From positions 1 through 48,998 of the forward strand of contig JAERRN010000013.1 of assembly GCA_016735445.1 (NCBI GenBank): 48,998 nucleotides of DNA, read 5' to 3'. The translations under genes were made by a program, and so were the position numbers. Below are positions 20,079 to 29,051 of the stretch, one piece after another. Each line of letters starts with the position of its first letter. Within the stretch, counting starts at the first letter, position 1. Source of the DNA: Rickettsiales bacterium. GTDB taxonomy: Bacteria; Pseudomonadota; Alphaproteobacteria; Rickettsiales; Deianiraeaceae. Under the pieces are notes generated by a model that made no database searches, was not told where the DNA came from, and worked only from the letters and a program-made list of their open reading frames with translations.

Positions 20079-21173
20079 ATGGGTTTTAGTTGTGGAATTG
20101 TTGGAATGCCAAATGTTGGCAAATCTACCCTATTTAACGCTGTTACAAATGCTGCAAATGCTCAGACTGCAAATTACCCTTTTTGCACTATAGAGCCAAA
20201 TCAGACCTCCGTTGCAGTTCCGGATAAAAGACTTCACCAACTTGCAAAAATAGCCTCGTCGGTAAAGGTGATACCTACTTTTATAGACTTTGTTGACATT
20301 GCAGGGTTAATTAAAAACGCAAGCAAGGGTGAGGGTTTGGGGAACCAATTTTTAGAACATATTCGGTCTGTTGATGCGATTATGCATGTTGTTAGATGTT
20401 TTGAGGATAATGATATCATTCATACCGAAAATTCTGTTGACCCAGTAAGAGACGCTGAAATAGTAGAAACCGAATTATTGCTATCTGATATATCGTTTAT
20501 AGAAAAACGACTGCTTAATTTAACAAAAAAATCTGCAGGCTGTAAAATAGCGACTTTAGAAGAAATAGAGCTGTGTAAAAAAATGCTTGATTTTGCGCAA
20601 AGTGGACAACTTTTAAGACTTCTTGAACTAAGTGATAAGGAAAAAATTACGGTTTATAAAATGCATTTATTGACAATGAAGCCAATTATATATATTGCAA
20701 ATATAGACGAATCTAGCGCAGCAAGCAATGTTATGCTAAAAAAATTTAAAAACTTTGCTGACAATGCAAAATGTAAAGTAGTACCTATTTGCGCAAAGAT
20801 AGAAAGCGAAATGATAGGGTTTAAGCAACATGAAAAAATAGATATGATAAAAGAAATGGGCTTTGGTGACACTGCTTTAAATAATATTGTTAAATATGGG
20901 CACAATGCTTTAAACTTAATTACTTTTTTTACTGTTGGGGAAAAGGAAACACGTGCATGGAGCATGTTAAAAGGTGAGCTTGCCCCTAGCGCTGCTGGTG
21001 TGATACATACAGATTTCAAAGATGGCTTTATTAAAGCGGAAACTATTTCATTTAATGATTTTATTGAACACCAAGGTCATAACAATGCAAAAAACGCTGG
21101 TAAGCTACGCTTTGAAGGGAAAGGGTATATTGTGCAAGAAGGTGATATTATGCATTTTAGATTTAACGTTTAA
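20079..21173 (+). CDS. ychF: Ribosome-binding ATPase YchF
   Basis: 364 aa. P-loop GIVGMPNVGKSTLFNA, DIAGLIKNASKGEGLGNQFL, and a C-terminal TGS-like domain (FFTVGEKETRAW...GDIMHFRFNV). Confidence 0.97.
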   Translation: MGFSCGIVGMPNVGKSTLFNAVTNAANAQTANYPFCTIEPNQTSVAVPDKRLHQLAKIASSVKVIPTFIDFVDIAGLIKNASKGEGLGNQFLEHIRSVDAIMHVVRCFEDNDIIHTENSVDPVRDAEIVETELLLSDISFIEKRLLNLTKKSAGCKIATLEEIELCKKMLDFAQSGQLLRLLELSDKEKITVYKMHLLTMKPIIYIANIDESSAASNVMLKKFKNFADNAKCKVVPICAKIESEMIGFKQHEKIDMIKEMGFGDTALNNIVKYGHNALNLITFFTVGEKETRAWSMLKGELAPSAAGVIHTDFKDGFIKAETISFNDFIEHQGHNNAKNAGKLRFEGKGYIVQEGDIMHFRFNV

Positions 21174-21293
21174 GCGATGTACGCGCTAAGTTTAAGTAGT
21201 TTAAATAATTCTAAATATTAAACATACGTTATAAAGCCCTACCGTGTTAACGATGACAATATCTGCTTTATGAGCTCACGTTATTTGGCGTTA

Positions 21294-22199
21294 TTATTTA
21301 AATGCTAATGTACGTTGGTATACTAAATTGCAAATAGATATAACATCGTTTATTCCAGTTTGTTGCAAATGCGATATTTGTTTATTGCGATTGTTTTGTG
21401 CTAATATTTTTTTTACCGTATCGGTGTTTAAGTAAACTTGTTTTATATATTTGTCGCATAACTTTTGTGCCGCAGCAATACCTTTGGTTTTGGCAATATT
21501 TATTTTTTCATCTTTTTCAAAGTCTTCAATGTCATCTACCGTTTGCAATAACAAGCCAATTAGCATACCTATTTTTTTCATTATCTCAACAACAGCCTGA
21601 TCTGAAGTTGAGATAATAGCGCCCATTTTTGTTGCAGCGGAAAAAAGATTCCCTGATTTTAATTTATGAACAGTGTAAATAAAATCACTTGTTATTTTAT
21701 CATCTGGATTTAAATCTAAAGCTTGCCCTAATAACATACCTTGAGAACCAATAAGGGTAGATAAAGAATATAGCAAAGATACAATTTTACTTGCGCTTAA
21801 ATGTCCAGTTACAGCTGTTACCTCGCTATTGGCAATAATGTTAAATGCGTCTGTTAACAATGCATTACCTGTTAACACAGCGATATTTTCATCAAATTGC
21901 TTATGAAGAGCCTTTTTTTTTCTTCTAATGTCGTCATTGTCCATACATGGTAAATCATCGTGTACTATTGAGTAACAATGAGCCATTTCGATGGCGCAAG
22001 CTATGTGTGTAAAGTTGTTTGGATCTCTGCCGCAAATTTGTATACTAGACATAAATAGGTTTGGTCTTAGCAATTTAGAGTTATTATTCAAGCAAATATA
22101 TTGCATAGCGGGCAGTAAACGGTAATGCTTTTGACCGTCTTTACTGCTTAAAATTTTCTCCAACTGCTCTTTAATTACCTTTGTGTACCTTAGAAACAT
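21294..22199 (-). CDS. ispA: Short-chain (E)-polyprenyl diphosphate synthase (FPP/GGPP synthase type)
   Basis: 301 aa. The first Asp-rich motif is HDDLPCMDNDDIRR and the second is VDDIED. Confidence 0.8.
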   Translation of the reverse strand: MFLRYTKVIKEQLEKILSSKDGQKHYRLLPAMQYICLNNNSKLLRPNLFMSSIQICGRDPNNFTHIACAIEMAHCYSIVHDDLPCMDNDDIRRKKKALHKQFDENIAVLTGNALLTDAFNIIANSEVTAVTGHLSASKIVSLLYSLSTLIGSQGMLLGQALDLNPDDKITSDFIYTVHKLKSGNLFSAATKMGAIISTSDQAVVEIMKKIGMLIGLLLQTVDDIEDFEKDEKINIAKTKGIAAAQKLCDKYIKQVYLNTDTVKKILAQNNRNKQISHLQQTGINDVISICNLVYQRTLAFK

Positions 22200-22374
22200 G
22201 TTTTATTAACCTAACGTTGTGTTTATTTCACATCTGCAAAATTATGCTTCCATAAATTTCTTTGTGCAAGTATAAAGTAAAAAAGCGGTAAAATAGTACT
22301 TATAGTAAATGTGGTAATATTGTTTTACTTTGCATTTTTACTGTAGGTTGCGTAAATCCTTTAAATATTTTAGT

Positions 22375-22986
22375 ATGCCAAATGTTAATTTTTTAGATAT
22401 ACAATTTCCCACAGATGTCTCAATGATGTCTTCTGGAGGATTGGAATTTTATACCACCATAAATACAAACCGTTATAAAAGTGAATTTAGAAACATAAAC
22501 TGGCAACATCCAAGAAGAAAATATAACATTAATTATAACTTAAAAAGCAAAAAGCAAATAGACACTTTACTGGCGTTTTTTAATTTATGCAAAGGCAAAG
22601 CAATTTCTTTTCGTTATAAAGACTGGCTTGATTATAGCGTGGAAAAATCTCCAATTGGTATTGGAGATAATGCAAATAACACTTTTTACCTACGTAAGGT
22701 CTACTCTTTTAGCGGGCAAACGGCAAGCCGTGTTATTACCAAGCCAATTAGTGATACTGTAAAAGTGTCCGTTGACGACGTAGAGATTCCTTTTTCCGAT
22801 TTTGCTATTGGTAAAAATACTGGCTTAGTTCAACTCTCAAAACCACCAACGCAAGGCAGTGTTGTAACGGCAAGTTTTAAATTTGATACCCATGTTAGAT
22901 TTGAAAACGATCTACTTTCTATCAAGCAAGAGGGTAAAAGTAATTATAATGCAGAAAATTTAACCTTGATTGAGATATCGGAGTGA
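22375..22986 (+). CDS. DUF2460 protein, homologue of the RcGTA g12-type distal tail protein
   Basis: The family pattern starts at MPNVNFLDIQFPTDVSMMSSGGLEFYTTI...SEFRNINWQHPRRKYNI...LLAFFNLCKGKAISFRYKDWLDY. The track ORF opens at a TTG at 22330; the ATG at 22375 matches the family N-terminus. Confidence 0.8.
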   Translation: MPNVNFLDIQFPTDVSMMSSGGLEFYTTINTNRYKSEFRNINWQHPRRKYNINYNLKSKKQIDTLLAFFNLCKGKAISFRYKDWLDYSVEKSPIGIGDNANNTFYLRKVYSFSGQTASRVITKPISDTVKVSVDDVEIPFSDFAIGKNTGLVQLSKPPTQGSVVTASFKFDTHVRFENDLLSIKQEGKSNYNAENLTLIEISE

Positions 22987-23063
22987 GCATCGTATAGCAA
23001 TGTTGAGGGATTTAGTTTCGTCATAGTTTTTTATTTTACGCTATTAATTCAGTACTTTTAATC

Positions 23064-23906
23064 GTGCAAACAGATACTAAAAATAGTGCCATAAAAATGG
23101 AGGATATTGTGCGGTCTTTGTATTTTATGTGCATAGTAAAAACTGCCAACAACAATATTTTATGCTACACAACCAGCGATAGTGAAGTATATTACAACAC
23201 TGTGATTGCTAAAAAATGTTTAGACTTTACTCAAATACAGAATTCTTTATTAACGCAAAACGCAAATGATGTTAATTTAACACTATTTGGGCAAATTTTA
23301 GATGATGATCTTATAGATTCTTCTGTCGAGTTAAAACTTATTGGAACCGATACTGCACCAGGTGAATTAACTTTATTTAGTGGCTTTATTACCAAGCAAA
23401 CTGTTTTGAATAAAACAACAATTCTTAGTATTGCGCCAATTTACCAGAAGTTGCAAAGATCTATTGGAGATTTTTTTTCTGAATCTTGCAGAGCTGAACT
23501 TGGAGATCGTAGATGTTTAGTTGATCTAACCAAGTATACTTACCATGGCAATGTTACTGCGGTTATTAATAAACGCACTATAAAAGGAAGCCAAACAATA
23601 CCAGATGGTCAATTTTTTGTTAATGGTGTTATAGAATTTGACCCCACACCTAATAGCAATGGTCAACGTTTTAAAACAAAGATAGTCAACCAAGAAGGTA
23701 ATATTTTATATTTTTTACTTCCAACTCCATTTGAAATTTTAGAAAATAATACATTCACAATTATTACAGGTTGCAACAAATTATTTAAAACTTGTAGAGA
23801 TAAATTTAGCAATATTGTGAATTTTCGTGGCGAGCCATTTTTAAATGGAAAAATATTAAAATCCGTCACTAAAGAAATTGGAGACTCAAATAGTAATAAA
23901 AAATAA
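23064..23906 (+). CDS. DUF2163 / phage BR0599-type protein, homologue of RcGTA g13
   Basis: 280 aa. CRAELGDRRCLVDL and the C-terminal ITGCNKLFKTCRDKFSNIVNFRGEPFL match the BR0599 signature (GCDKt..tC..kF.N..NFrGFP). It lies immediately after the DUF2460 gene, as in GTA clusters. Starts at a GTG at 23064; an alternative ATG is at 23097. Confidence 0.8.
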   Translation: MQTDTKNSAIKMEDIVRSLYFMCIVKTANNNILCYTTSDSEVYYNTVIAKKCLDFTQIQNSLLTQNANDVNLTLFGQILDDDLIDSSVELKLIGTDTAPGELTLFSGFITKQTVLNKTTILSIAPIYQKLQRSIGDFFSESCRAELGDRRCLVDLTKYTYHGNVTAVINKRTIKGSQTIPDGQFFVNGVIEFDPTPNSNGQRFKTKIVNQEGNILYFLLPTPFEILENNTFTIITGCNKLFKTCRDKFSNIVNFRGEPFLNGKILKSVTKEIGDSNSNKK

Positions 23907-24092
23907 TTTTAACTCATCAATATTGTTTATCAATAAATTAAAAGCTATAGTATAGCTGTATTATTTAAAGTAGCAAACATGTAATACAATAATAACAATT
24001 GCATATTACTAACAATAATATGTTGTTAGCGTATTGTTGTTTATATGTTGATACATAATAAAATAAATTTTGTCTTTAATGTTTTTTGTTTA

Positions 24093-24848
24093 ATGTTTAT
24101 AACTATTGAAGGTATAGACGGTGCTGGAAAGACAACTCAAGCAAAATTGTTGAGCGAATATATTGCAAAAAATATTATACTTACAAATGAGTTAGATAGT
24201 AAGCCAAATGCAAAAAATATTATACTTACAAATGAGCCAAATGACGGCAGATTTGACGCAAACTATAACCATAATTCTAACACAATAGAAAAAATGACAC
24301 TTGGTCAAGTAGTTAGGTCTTTAATAAGCGCAAAAGATGAAATAGATGAAACGACTAGACTCTTGCTAATTTATGCCGCAAGAAGAAAACATGTTGAAAA
24401 CGTTATTAACCCTGCCCTGAAGGATGGAAAAATTATTATATGCGACCGTTTTTACGATTCTAGCATTGCTTATTTTGGTTATAAAGAAGAAATTGGATTT
24501 GAAAAAGCAAAAGAGTTTACAGATTTTTTACACAACAATACAATACAAAACAGAAAAATGCCAGATTTAACTTTTTATATCGATGTCGAGCCACGCGTTG
24601 CTTCTAAAAGAATAAAACAACGAGATTCATTTGGTGACTTAGGTAAAATGGATAACTTGGATAGGATGGGCGAAACTGATGTAAATAAAATTGGAAAAAT
24701 TTTTACTCAGCTTGTAGAAAGCGATAAAAAGCGGTGCGTTAAGATACAAGGAAACGGTAAACGTTCTGTAGAAGAAATACACGAAGAGATTAAAAAAATT
24801 GCTCGTGAACGGATAGAAGAAGCAGGTAAGTTTACTTTTTTAATATAA
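24093..24848 (+). CDS. tmk: Thymidylate kinase carrying an in-frame internal duplication
   Basis: MFITIEGIDGAGKTTQ (P-loop), NEPNDG (TxEPggt position), DRFYDSSIAYFG (DR motif) and a lid region. The track ORF starts at 24045, but the family N-terminus fits the ATG at 24093. Confidence 0.9.
   Translation: MFITIEGIDGAGKTTQAKLLSEYIAKNIILTNELDSKPNAKNIILTNEPNDGRFDANYNHNSNTIEKMTLGQVVRSLISAKDEIDETTRLLLIYAARRKHVENVINPALKDGKIIICDRFYDSSIAYFGYKEEIGFEKAKEFTDFLHNNTIQNRKMPDLTFYIDVEPRVASKRIKQRDSFGDLGKMDNLDRMGETDVNKIGKIFTQLVESDKKRCVKIQGNGKRSVEEIHEEIKKIARERIEEAGKFTFLI
24165..24236. repeat. Direct tandem duplication inside tmk with a 45-bp period; a 27-bp block is repeated perfectly
   Basis: gcaaaaaatattatacttacaaatgag occurs at 24165-24191 and again at 24210-24236. 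Both copies are followed by ccaaat, after 12 bp and 0 bp respectively. The protein reads KNIILTNELDSKPNA-KNIILTNEPNDG. Confidence 0.95.
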
Positions 24849-24998
24849 ATACTTATTACCAATTGGCTATCTTGTTACTGTACAATGCACTGCAATTATT
24901 AACTGTCACGCTATTGGCGCAATGCTGATTTTTGTTATTTTGTTATTTATTTGGTGTTTATATTTTAACTTGTCAAATTTATATACACTTATTATTAG

Positions 24999-25043
24999 AA
25001 CTAAACACAACAGTAAGATATAGCGATAGCGTTGTGTTTAGTT
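24999..25043. other. 13-bp perfect stem-loop between the convergent tmk and the basic ORF
   Basis: aactaaacacaac (24999-25011) and gttgtgtttagtt (25031-25043) are exact reverse complements with a 19-nt loop. There is no flanking U-tract. A stem of this size could occur about once by chance in the window. Confidence 0.4.
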
Positions 25044-25144
25044 AATTGTAGCACTGTAAATTTGCCTGTATATTTTTATGTGTTATATTTGCGTACAATT
25101 TACCGCTACTAAGCACCGCCAGTTGCTGTATGTTTAGTATATAG

Positions 25145-25798
25145 TTATGTCCTAGAAACCCATAACGACCTTGCCTTATTTCGGCTATATTCAATATTTG
25201 CCTTAAATCTGTCAAGCTCTAAACCTGCCCACCTGCCTTTTGCTTTGTCCCTGCTTTCTTCTATTTTAAGTTTATATGTGCTTAGCCTACCTTTAATAAA
25301 GTCTGACAATTCGTTTGCGTCACTTGTGTCTATCGAGATATCTGGTCTTGCGTTTAACACACGGGCTCTGCCAATAGCGTGCCGCTCTCTTCTTGCGACT
25401 TCTTCCATTATTGCCATTTTTTTGGTAATAAGTATTAGTAACAACTTTAATTGCGACCTTGTTAAAACAAGTTTTAATATTCTTGGTATCGAATTAGGGA
25501 TTCTACCCATAGAAATTTGTTTTATCAGCTTTAACATTATGCCTTGCGCAATCATGAAACGTCTTCTTTTTTCTGGAGACATTAGCATTGCTCTTACCTT
25601 TAGCAACATCCCTGTCTTTAATATCAACCGACCTGCTTCTGGGCTTATTTTTCTCCCTAAAGCAGCGCTTCTGCGGATTAATCGCTTCGACTGTTTGACC
25701 ATTGCGTTTCTACGTGCGATTTGTTTTTTACGTTGCAACGTTAAGTATCTTGCCCTTTGTTTTTGCTTTACACTGTTACCATTTGTATTACCAAGCAC
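25145..25798 (-). CDS. Hypothetical, extremely basic Arg/Lys-rich protein of unknown family
   Basis: 217-aa ORF with a GTG start. About 30 Arg and 23 Lys, with amphipathic helix-like stretches (RLIRRSAALGRK, EKRRRFMIAQGIMLKLIK). The opposite-strand ORF (25245-25832) has the L/S/F/I-rich composition of an antisense shadow. I recognise no motif. Confidence 0.5.
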   Translation of the reverse strand: MLGNTNGNSVKQKQRARYLTLQRKKQIARRNAMVKQSKRLIRRSAALGRKISPEAGRLILKTGMLLKVRAMLMSPEKRRRFMIAQGIMLKLIKQISMGRIPNSIPRILKLVLTRSQLKLLLILITKKMAIMEEVARRERHAIGRARVLNARPDISIDTSDANELSDFIKGRLSTYKLKIEESRDKAKGRWAGLELDRFKANIEYSRNKARSLWVSRT

Positions 25799-25809
25799 TA
25801 TTAAAAAAA

Positions 25810-26007
25810 TTAACTATCTATTTTGGAAGTAAGATTACTTTTTTCTTTATTTAAAACTGATATTTGTTTTTTTAAAAACTCTTTACGACGAGCCATGTTA
25901 TCTAATACCAATCTTTTTGCTTGCATGGTTCTCCATGAAGATACTTTATATTTTGTTTTTTCGTTCAATTTATTAAAGATTGGTTTGCTGTATGGTTGAT
26001 CTGTCAA
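25810..26007 (-). CDS. Hypothetical small basic coiled-coil protein
   Basis: 65-aa ORF between murF and the 217-aa ORF on the same strand. It ends 11 nt before the next ORF across a T7 run, in a different frame. I recognise no motif. Confidence 0.35.
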   Translation of the reverse strand: MTDQPYSKPIFNKLNEKTKYKVSSWRTMQAKRLVLDNMARRKEFLKKQISVLNKEKSNLTSKIDS

Positions 26008-26054
26008 TTGTTTGTGGATAATTTATAATTAAATATATTAGTTAAAATCTAGAG

Positions 26055-27509
26055 CTATCTACATAGCTTATCTACCACCATTGACAAGTTGATACCGTTT
26101 GACGCTTTAAACAAAAGTACATCCCCATCTTGTACCAATGACCTAATTTTTTTAGATAATGACATTGCGTGTTTAAAATGCTGTATAAGCTTGCCTTCAT
26201 CAAATTCTTCATGCATATTTTTTGTTAAATCCCCAACAGTAATAACCCCGTCAATTAAGTGTTGATTTATAAATTTACCAAGTTCTTTGTGCAATTCTGC
26301 ACCCATTTCGTCGCCTAATTCTAAAATATCACCAATAATATAAATTGCGCGTGGTGATTTTTGTAATTCTTTTAATTTGCATAACGTTATAGTGCCTTCT
26401 TTTATAGAAGGTAAACTTGCATTATATGAGCTATTTATTAATGTAATTTTTTTTCCATCAACAAATATTGTTTGCAAATTTCCCCTACCCTCTAGTACAG
26501 GAATTTTTGTTATAATATTAGATACAGTGTTTAGATCGAAATTAAATAATTTGGCAACTGCATATATAAATAACAAATTAAACATATCGTGCTCTGCTAT
26601 GCTATTAACAATGCCAGACTGTAAAGACAAACCTTGTGTACCTTTAATTGAGATTTCGTAATCCATTGTATAAAATTGACCAAGTTTATGTTTTGACAAA
26701 TATAAATGAGAGACCGTTTTACCAACAGATAAAATATTTTTTATACCAACACTAAGCGCTATCTTTTTTAATTCTGCAAAATGTTCGTTTGTCTGATTTA
26801 ATATTACCACACCGCCAGTTTTAACAAACGAGAACACCTCTGCTTTTGCCTTTACAATTTTGTTTATCTTGCCTTCAAAATTGCCAATATGTACAGGATG
26901 AATGTTTGACACAATAACAACATCTGGCTTTGCTATGTCAGCTAAAACCGATATCTCCCCTTCATGGTTCATGCCCATTTCTAAAACCATAATTTTAACA
27001 TCGTTAGAAGCATTTAAAATTGTTATTGGTAAGCCAATATGGTTATTAAAGTTACGTTGCGGAAAATGCGTATTTTTAAATTTAGACAAAACCAACCCAA
27101 CACACCTAGTAATAGAGGTTTTACCAACGCTACCGGTAACAGCAACAACTTTAGCCTTTAATACGGTATTGCAATGGTACTTTGCCATTTGTTGCAACGC
27201 TAGCAATGTGTTTGTTGTTTGTATATAATAAATTTTTTTATCACTTTTTTTAATTACACTTAGTAAATCGTCTGTTAATTCGGAAATAACAACACAGTTT
27301 GCGCCATTTTTGATTGCGTTAATTACGTACTCATGCCCATCGTTCTTTTCTCCTTTAATGGCAAAAAAAACAAAATTTTGACCTATCATTCTGCTGTCAA
27401 ATACAGCACCATAACTAATAGTATTTTCTTGTATATTATGTGAGATAACCGTGCTACCTGCGCCTTGAATTAAATCTTTTAAATACAACCTACACGATAT
27501 ATTGGCCAT
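26055..27509 (-). CDS. murF: UDP-N-acetylmuramoyl-tripeptide--D-alanyl-D-alanine ligase
   Basis: 484 aa. ATP-binding VTGSVGKTS, LEMGMNHEGEI, and a Mur ligase C-terminal domain (INSSYNASLPS). Confidence 0.93.
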   Translation of the reverse strand: MANISCRLYLKDLIQGAGSTVISHNIQENTISYGAVFDSRMIGQNFVFFAIKGEKNDGHEYVINAIKNGANCVVISELTDDLLSVIKKSDKKIYYIQTTNTLLALQQMAKYHCNTVLKAKVVAVTGSVGKTSITRCVGLVLSKFKNTHFPQRNFNNHIGLPITILNASNDVKIMVLEMGMNHEGEISVLADIAKPDVVIVSNIHPVHIGNFEGKINKIVKAKAEVFSFVKTGGVVILNQTNEHFAELKKIALSVGIKNILSVGKTVSHLYLSKHKLGQFYTMDYEISIKGTQGLSLQSGIVNSIAEHDMFNLLFIYAVAKLFNFDLNTVSNIITKIPVLEGRGNLQTIFVDGKKITLINSSYNASLPSIKEGTITLCKLKELQKSPRAIYIIGDILELGDEMGAELHKELGKFINQHLIDGVITVGDLTKNMHEEFDEGKLIQHFKHAMSLSKKIRSLVQDGDVLLFKASNGINLSMVVDKLCR

Positions 27510-27976
27510 TTGTTTTTATGTCTTAACATATTACTATATAATAGTAAAAAGAAGTATACAGGCTATAAGTGTCAACAATTATTGCCGTATAGTATTTATA
27601 ATATCGTTATTTACTTACGCGCATAACTGCTGCGCTATTTATTGTTTTATTCTGCCCTTTATAAGGTTTTATAAATAATATATATTATGCTCTTGTGTTT
27701 TATAATAAAATAATAAGCCAAAACTAGCATTGTAAATTTTTGTCAAATTTATAAAATAAGTTTATAATCTGCCTGTATTCTGTTGCGATATACCGCGATT
27801 AAGTAAAAGTAATTTTGTTAACTAATTAATAAAACTGTTTGCCAACGTTGTTAATGTAAATAAAGCAAAAAATATTTGCCTTAAAAACTAACAAAGGTTA
27901 CCCTGTGATAATGTAATTAGGTAGGATTTAAATTGGTAACGATTATGTTAAATTTTGTATTTTATAGGTTAGTTTA

Positions 27977-28669
27977 ATGTTAAAAAAAAATACTGTTGCT
28001 GTAGTTTTATTTAGCGGTGGTTTAGACTCTACAACAGTTGCAACGTTTGCAAAAAATAAGGGATTTGATGTTTACGCGATTTCGTTTGATTATGGGCAAC
28101 GTAACAAAGACGAGCTACAATGCGCTGTCAAAGTTGCCGATTGTCTTGGTTTAAAACATGTTGTATTGTCGTTAGATATTAATGTTTTTTCTCATAGTGA
28201 TAGTTCGTTAGTTAATTTAGGTCATGATGTAGAAATTGGCAGCTCTGTCCTAAGCAATAAAGTGCCAAACACATATGTGCCAGCAAGAAATATGCTTTTT
28301 ATTAGCCATGGGATATCGTATTTGGAATCTATAGGAGGTTTGGATCTTTTTATTGGAGTGAATACACTTGACTACGGTAACTACCCAGACTGTAGAAGAG
28401 AATTTATAGACGCAATGGAAAATGCTGCGACTTTAGGTAGCAAAATTTGCCACAACAACGGTAGTAAGTATACCATACATACGCCTATTATTAACATGAA
28501 TAAAGCCGAAATTATAAAGCTTGGTACAGAATTAGGGATTGATTACTCGTTAACGTTATCTTGTTACAATCCTAAAAATAAGCTGGCATGTGGTATTTGT
28601 TTATCATGCACATTACGCAAAAAAGGCTTTGCGCAGGCAGGTTTAAAAGATGTAACAAGGTACTTTTAA
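27977..28669 (+). CDS. queC: 7-cyano-7-deazaguanine synthase
   Basis: 230 aa. PP-loop VVLFSGGLDSTT and a C-terminal Zn-binding Cys cluster (SCYNP...CGICLSCTLRKKGF). Confidence 0.95.
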   Translation: MLKKNTVAVVLFSGGLDSTTVATFAKNKGFDVYAISFDYGQRNKDELQCAVKVADCLGLKHVVLSLDINVFSHSDSSLVNLGHDVEIGSSVLSNKVPNTYVPARNMLFISHGISYLESIGGLDLFIGVNTLDYGNYPDCRREFIDAMENAATLGSKICHNNGSKYTIHTPIINMNKAEIIKLGTELGIDYSLTLSCYNPKNKLACGICLSCTLRKKGFAQAGLKDVTRYF

Positions 28670-29051
28670 CTTCTTAAATTACAGCCATATATAAGTGTGT
28701 GCATAACTATATTTACTATATTTTGTTAAAATAGGTTTTTGTAAAAAGTATTATTTTACAGCAGCATTTGTTATAGAAGTTTATTTTTATTGTAGCTATT
28801 TTGTGTTATTGTGTATTTTTTAAACTATTAAACTCTAAACAAGGAAAAAGTTATTACAGTAATAAAACGTAAATCTTACAATTTACCATATAATTAAGTT
28901 TAGCAACTAATAGTTTATAGCGCTATTTATATACTATTTTATTAAAAATTTATACTTAACACAAACAGCTAGTGGGTATTAACGTTGTGTTGTTAATTTT
29001 TTTGTATTTGGCTTTGTTGTTTATACTAATTTGCACAAATTGCCCTTACCT

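Noticed and set aside
25145-25800. Apparent G+C enrichment of the basic-ORF region as a sign of recent horizontal transfer.
   Set aside because: Hand counts of several 60-nt lines gave 32-48 % here against about 38 % in a ychF line. The difference is explained by Arg/Ala/Gly codon content and is not a convincing compositional island.
25245-25832. 195-aa plus-strand ORF overlapping the 217-aa basic ORF.
   Set aside because: Its composition (Leu/Ser/Phe/Ile-rich, many Cys) is what the reverse complement of a Lys/Arg/Glu-rich gene produces. It also runs against the murF transcription direction. Neither strand has homology support, so the minus-strand call remains only moderate in confidence.
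27865-27897. Possible preQ1-I riboswitch upstream of queC, consisting of a small hairpin gcaaa/tttgc followed by the A-rich tail ccttaaaaactaacaaagg.
   Set aside because: The hairpin loop is only 5 nt, which is too short for the conserved preQ1-binding loop and pseudoknot. The tail ends about 80 nt before the queC start, so it would not sequester a ribosome-binding site. A-rich tails are common in this genome. A covariance-model scan would settle it.
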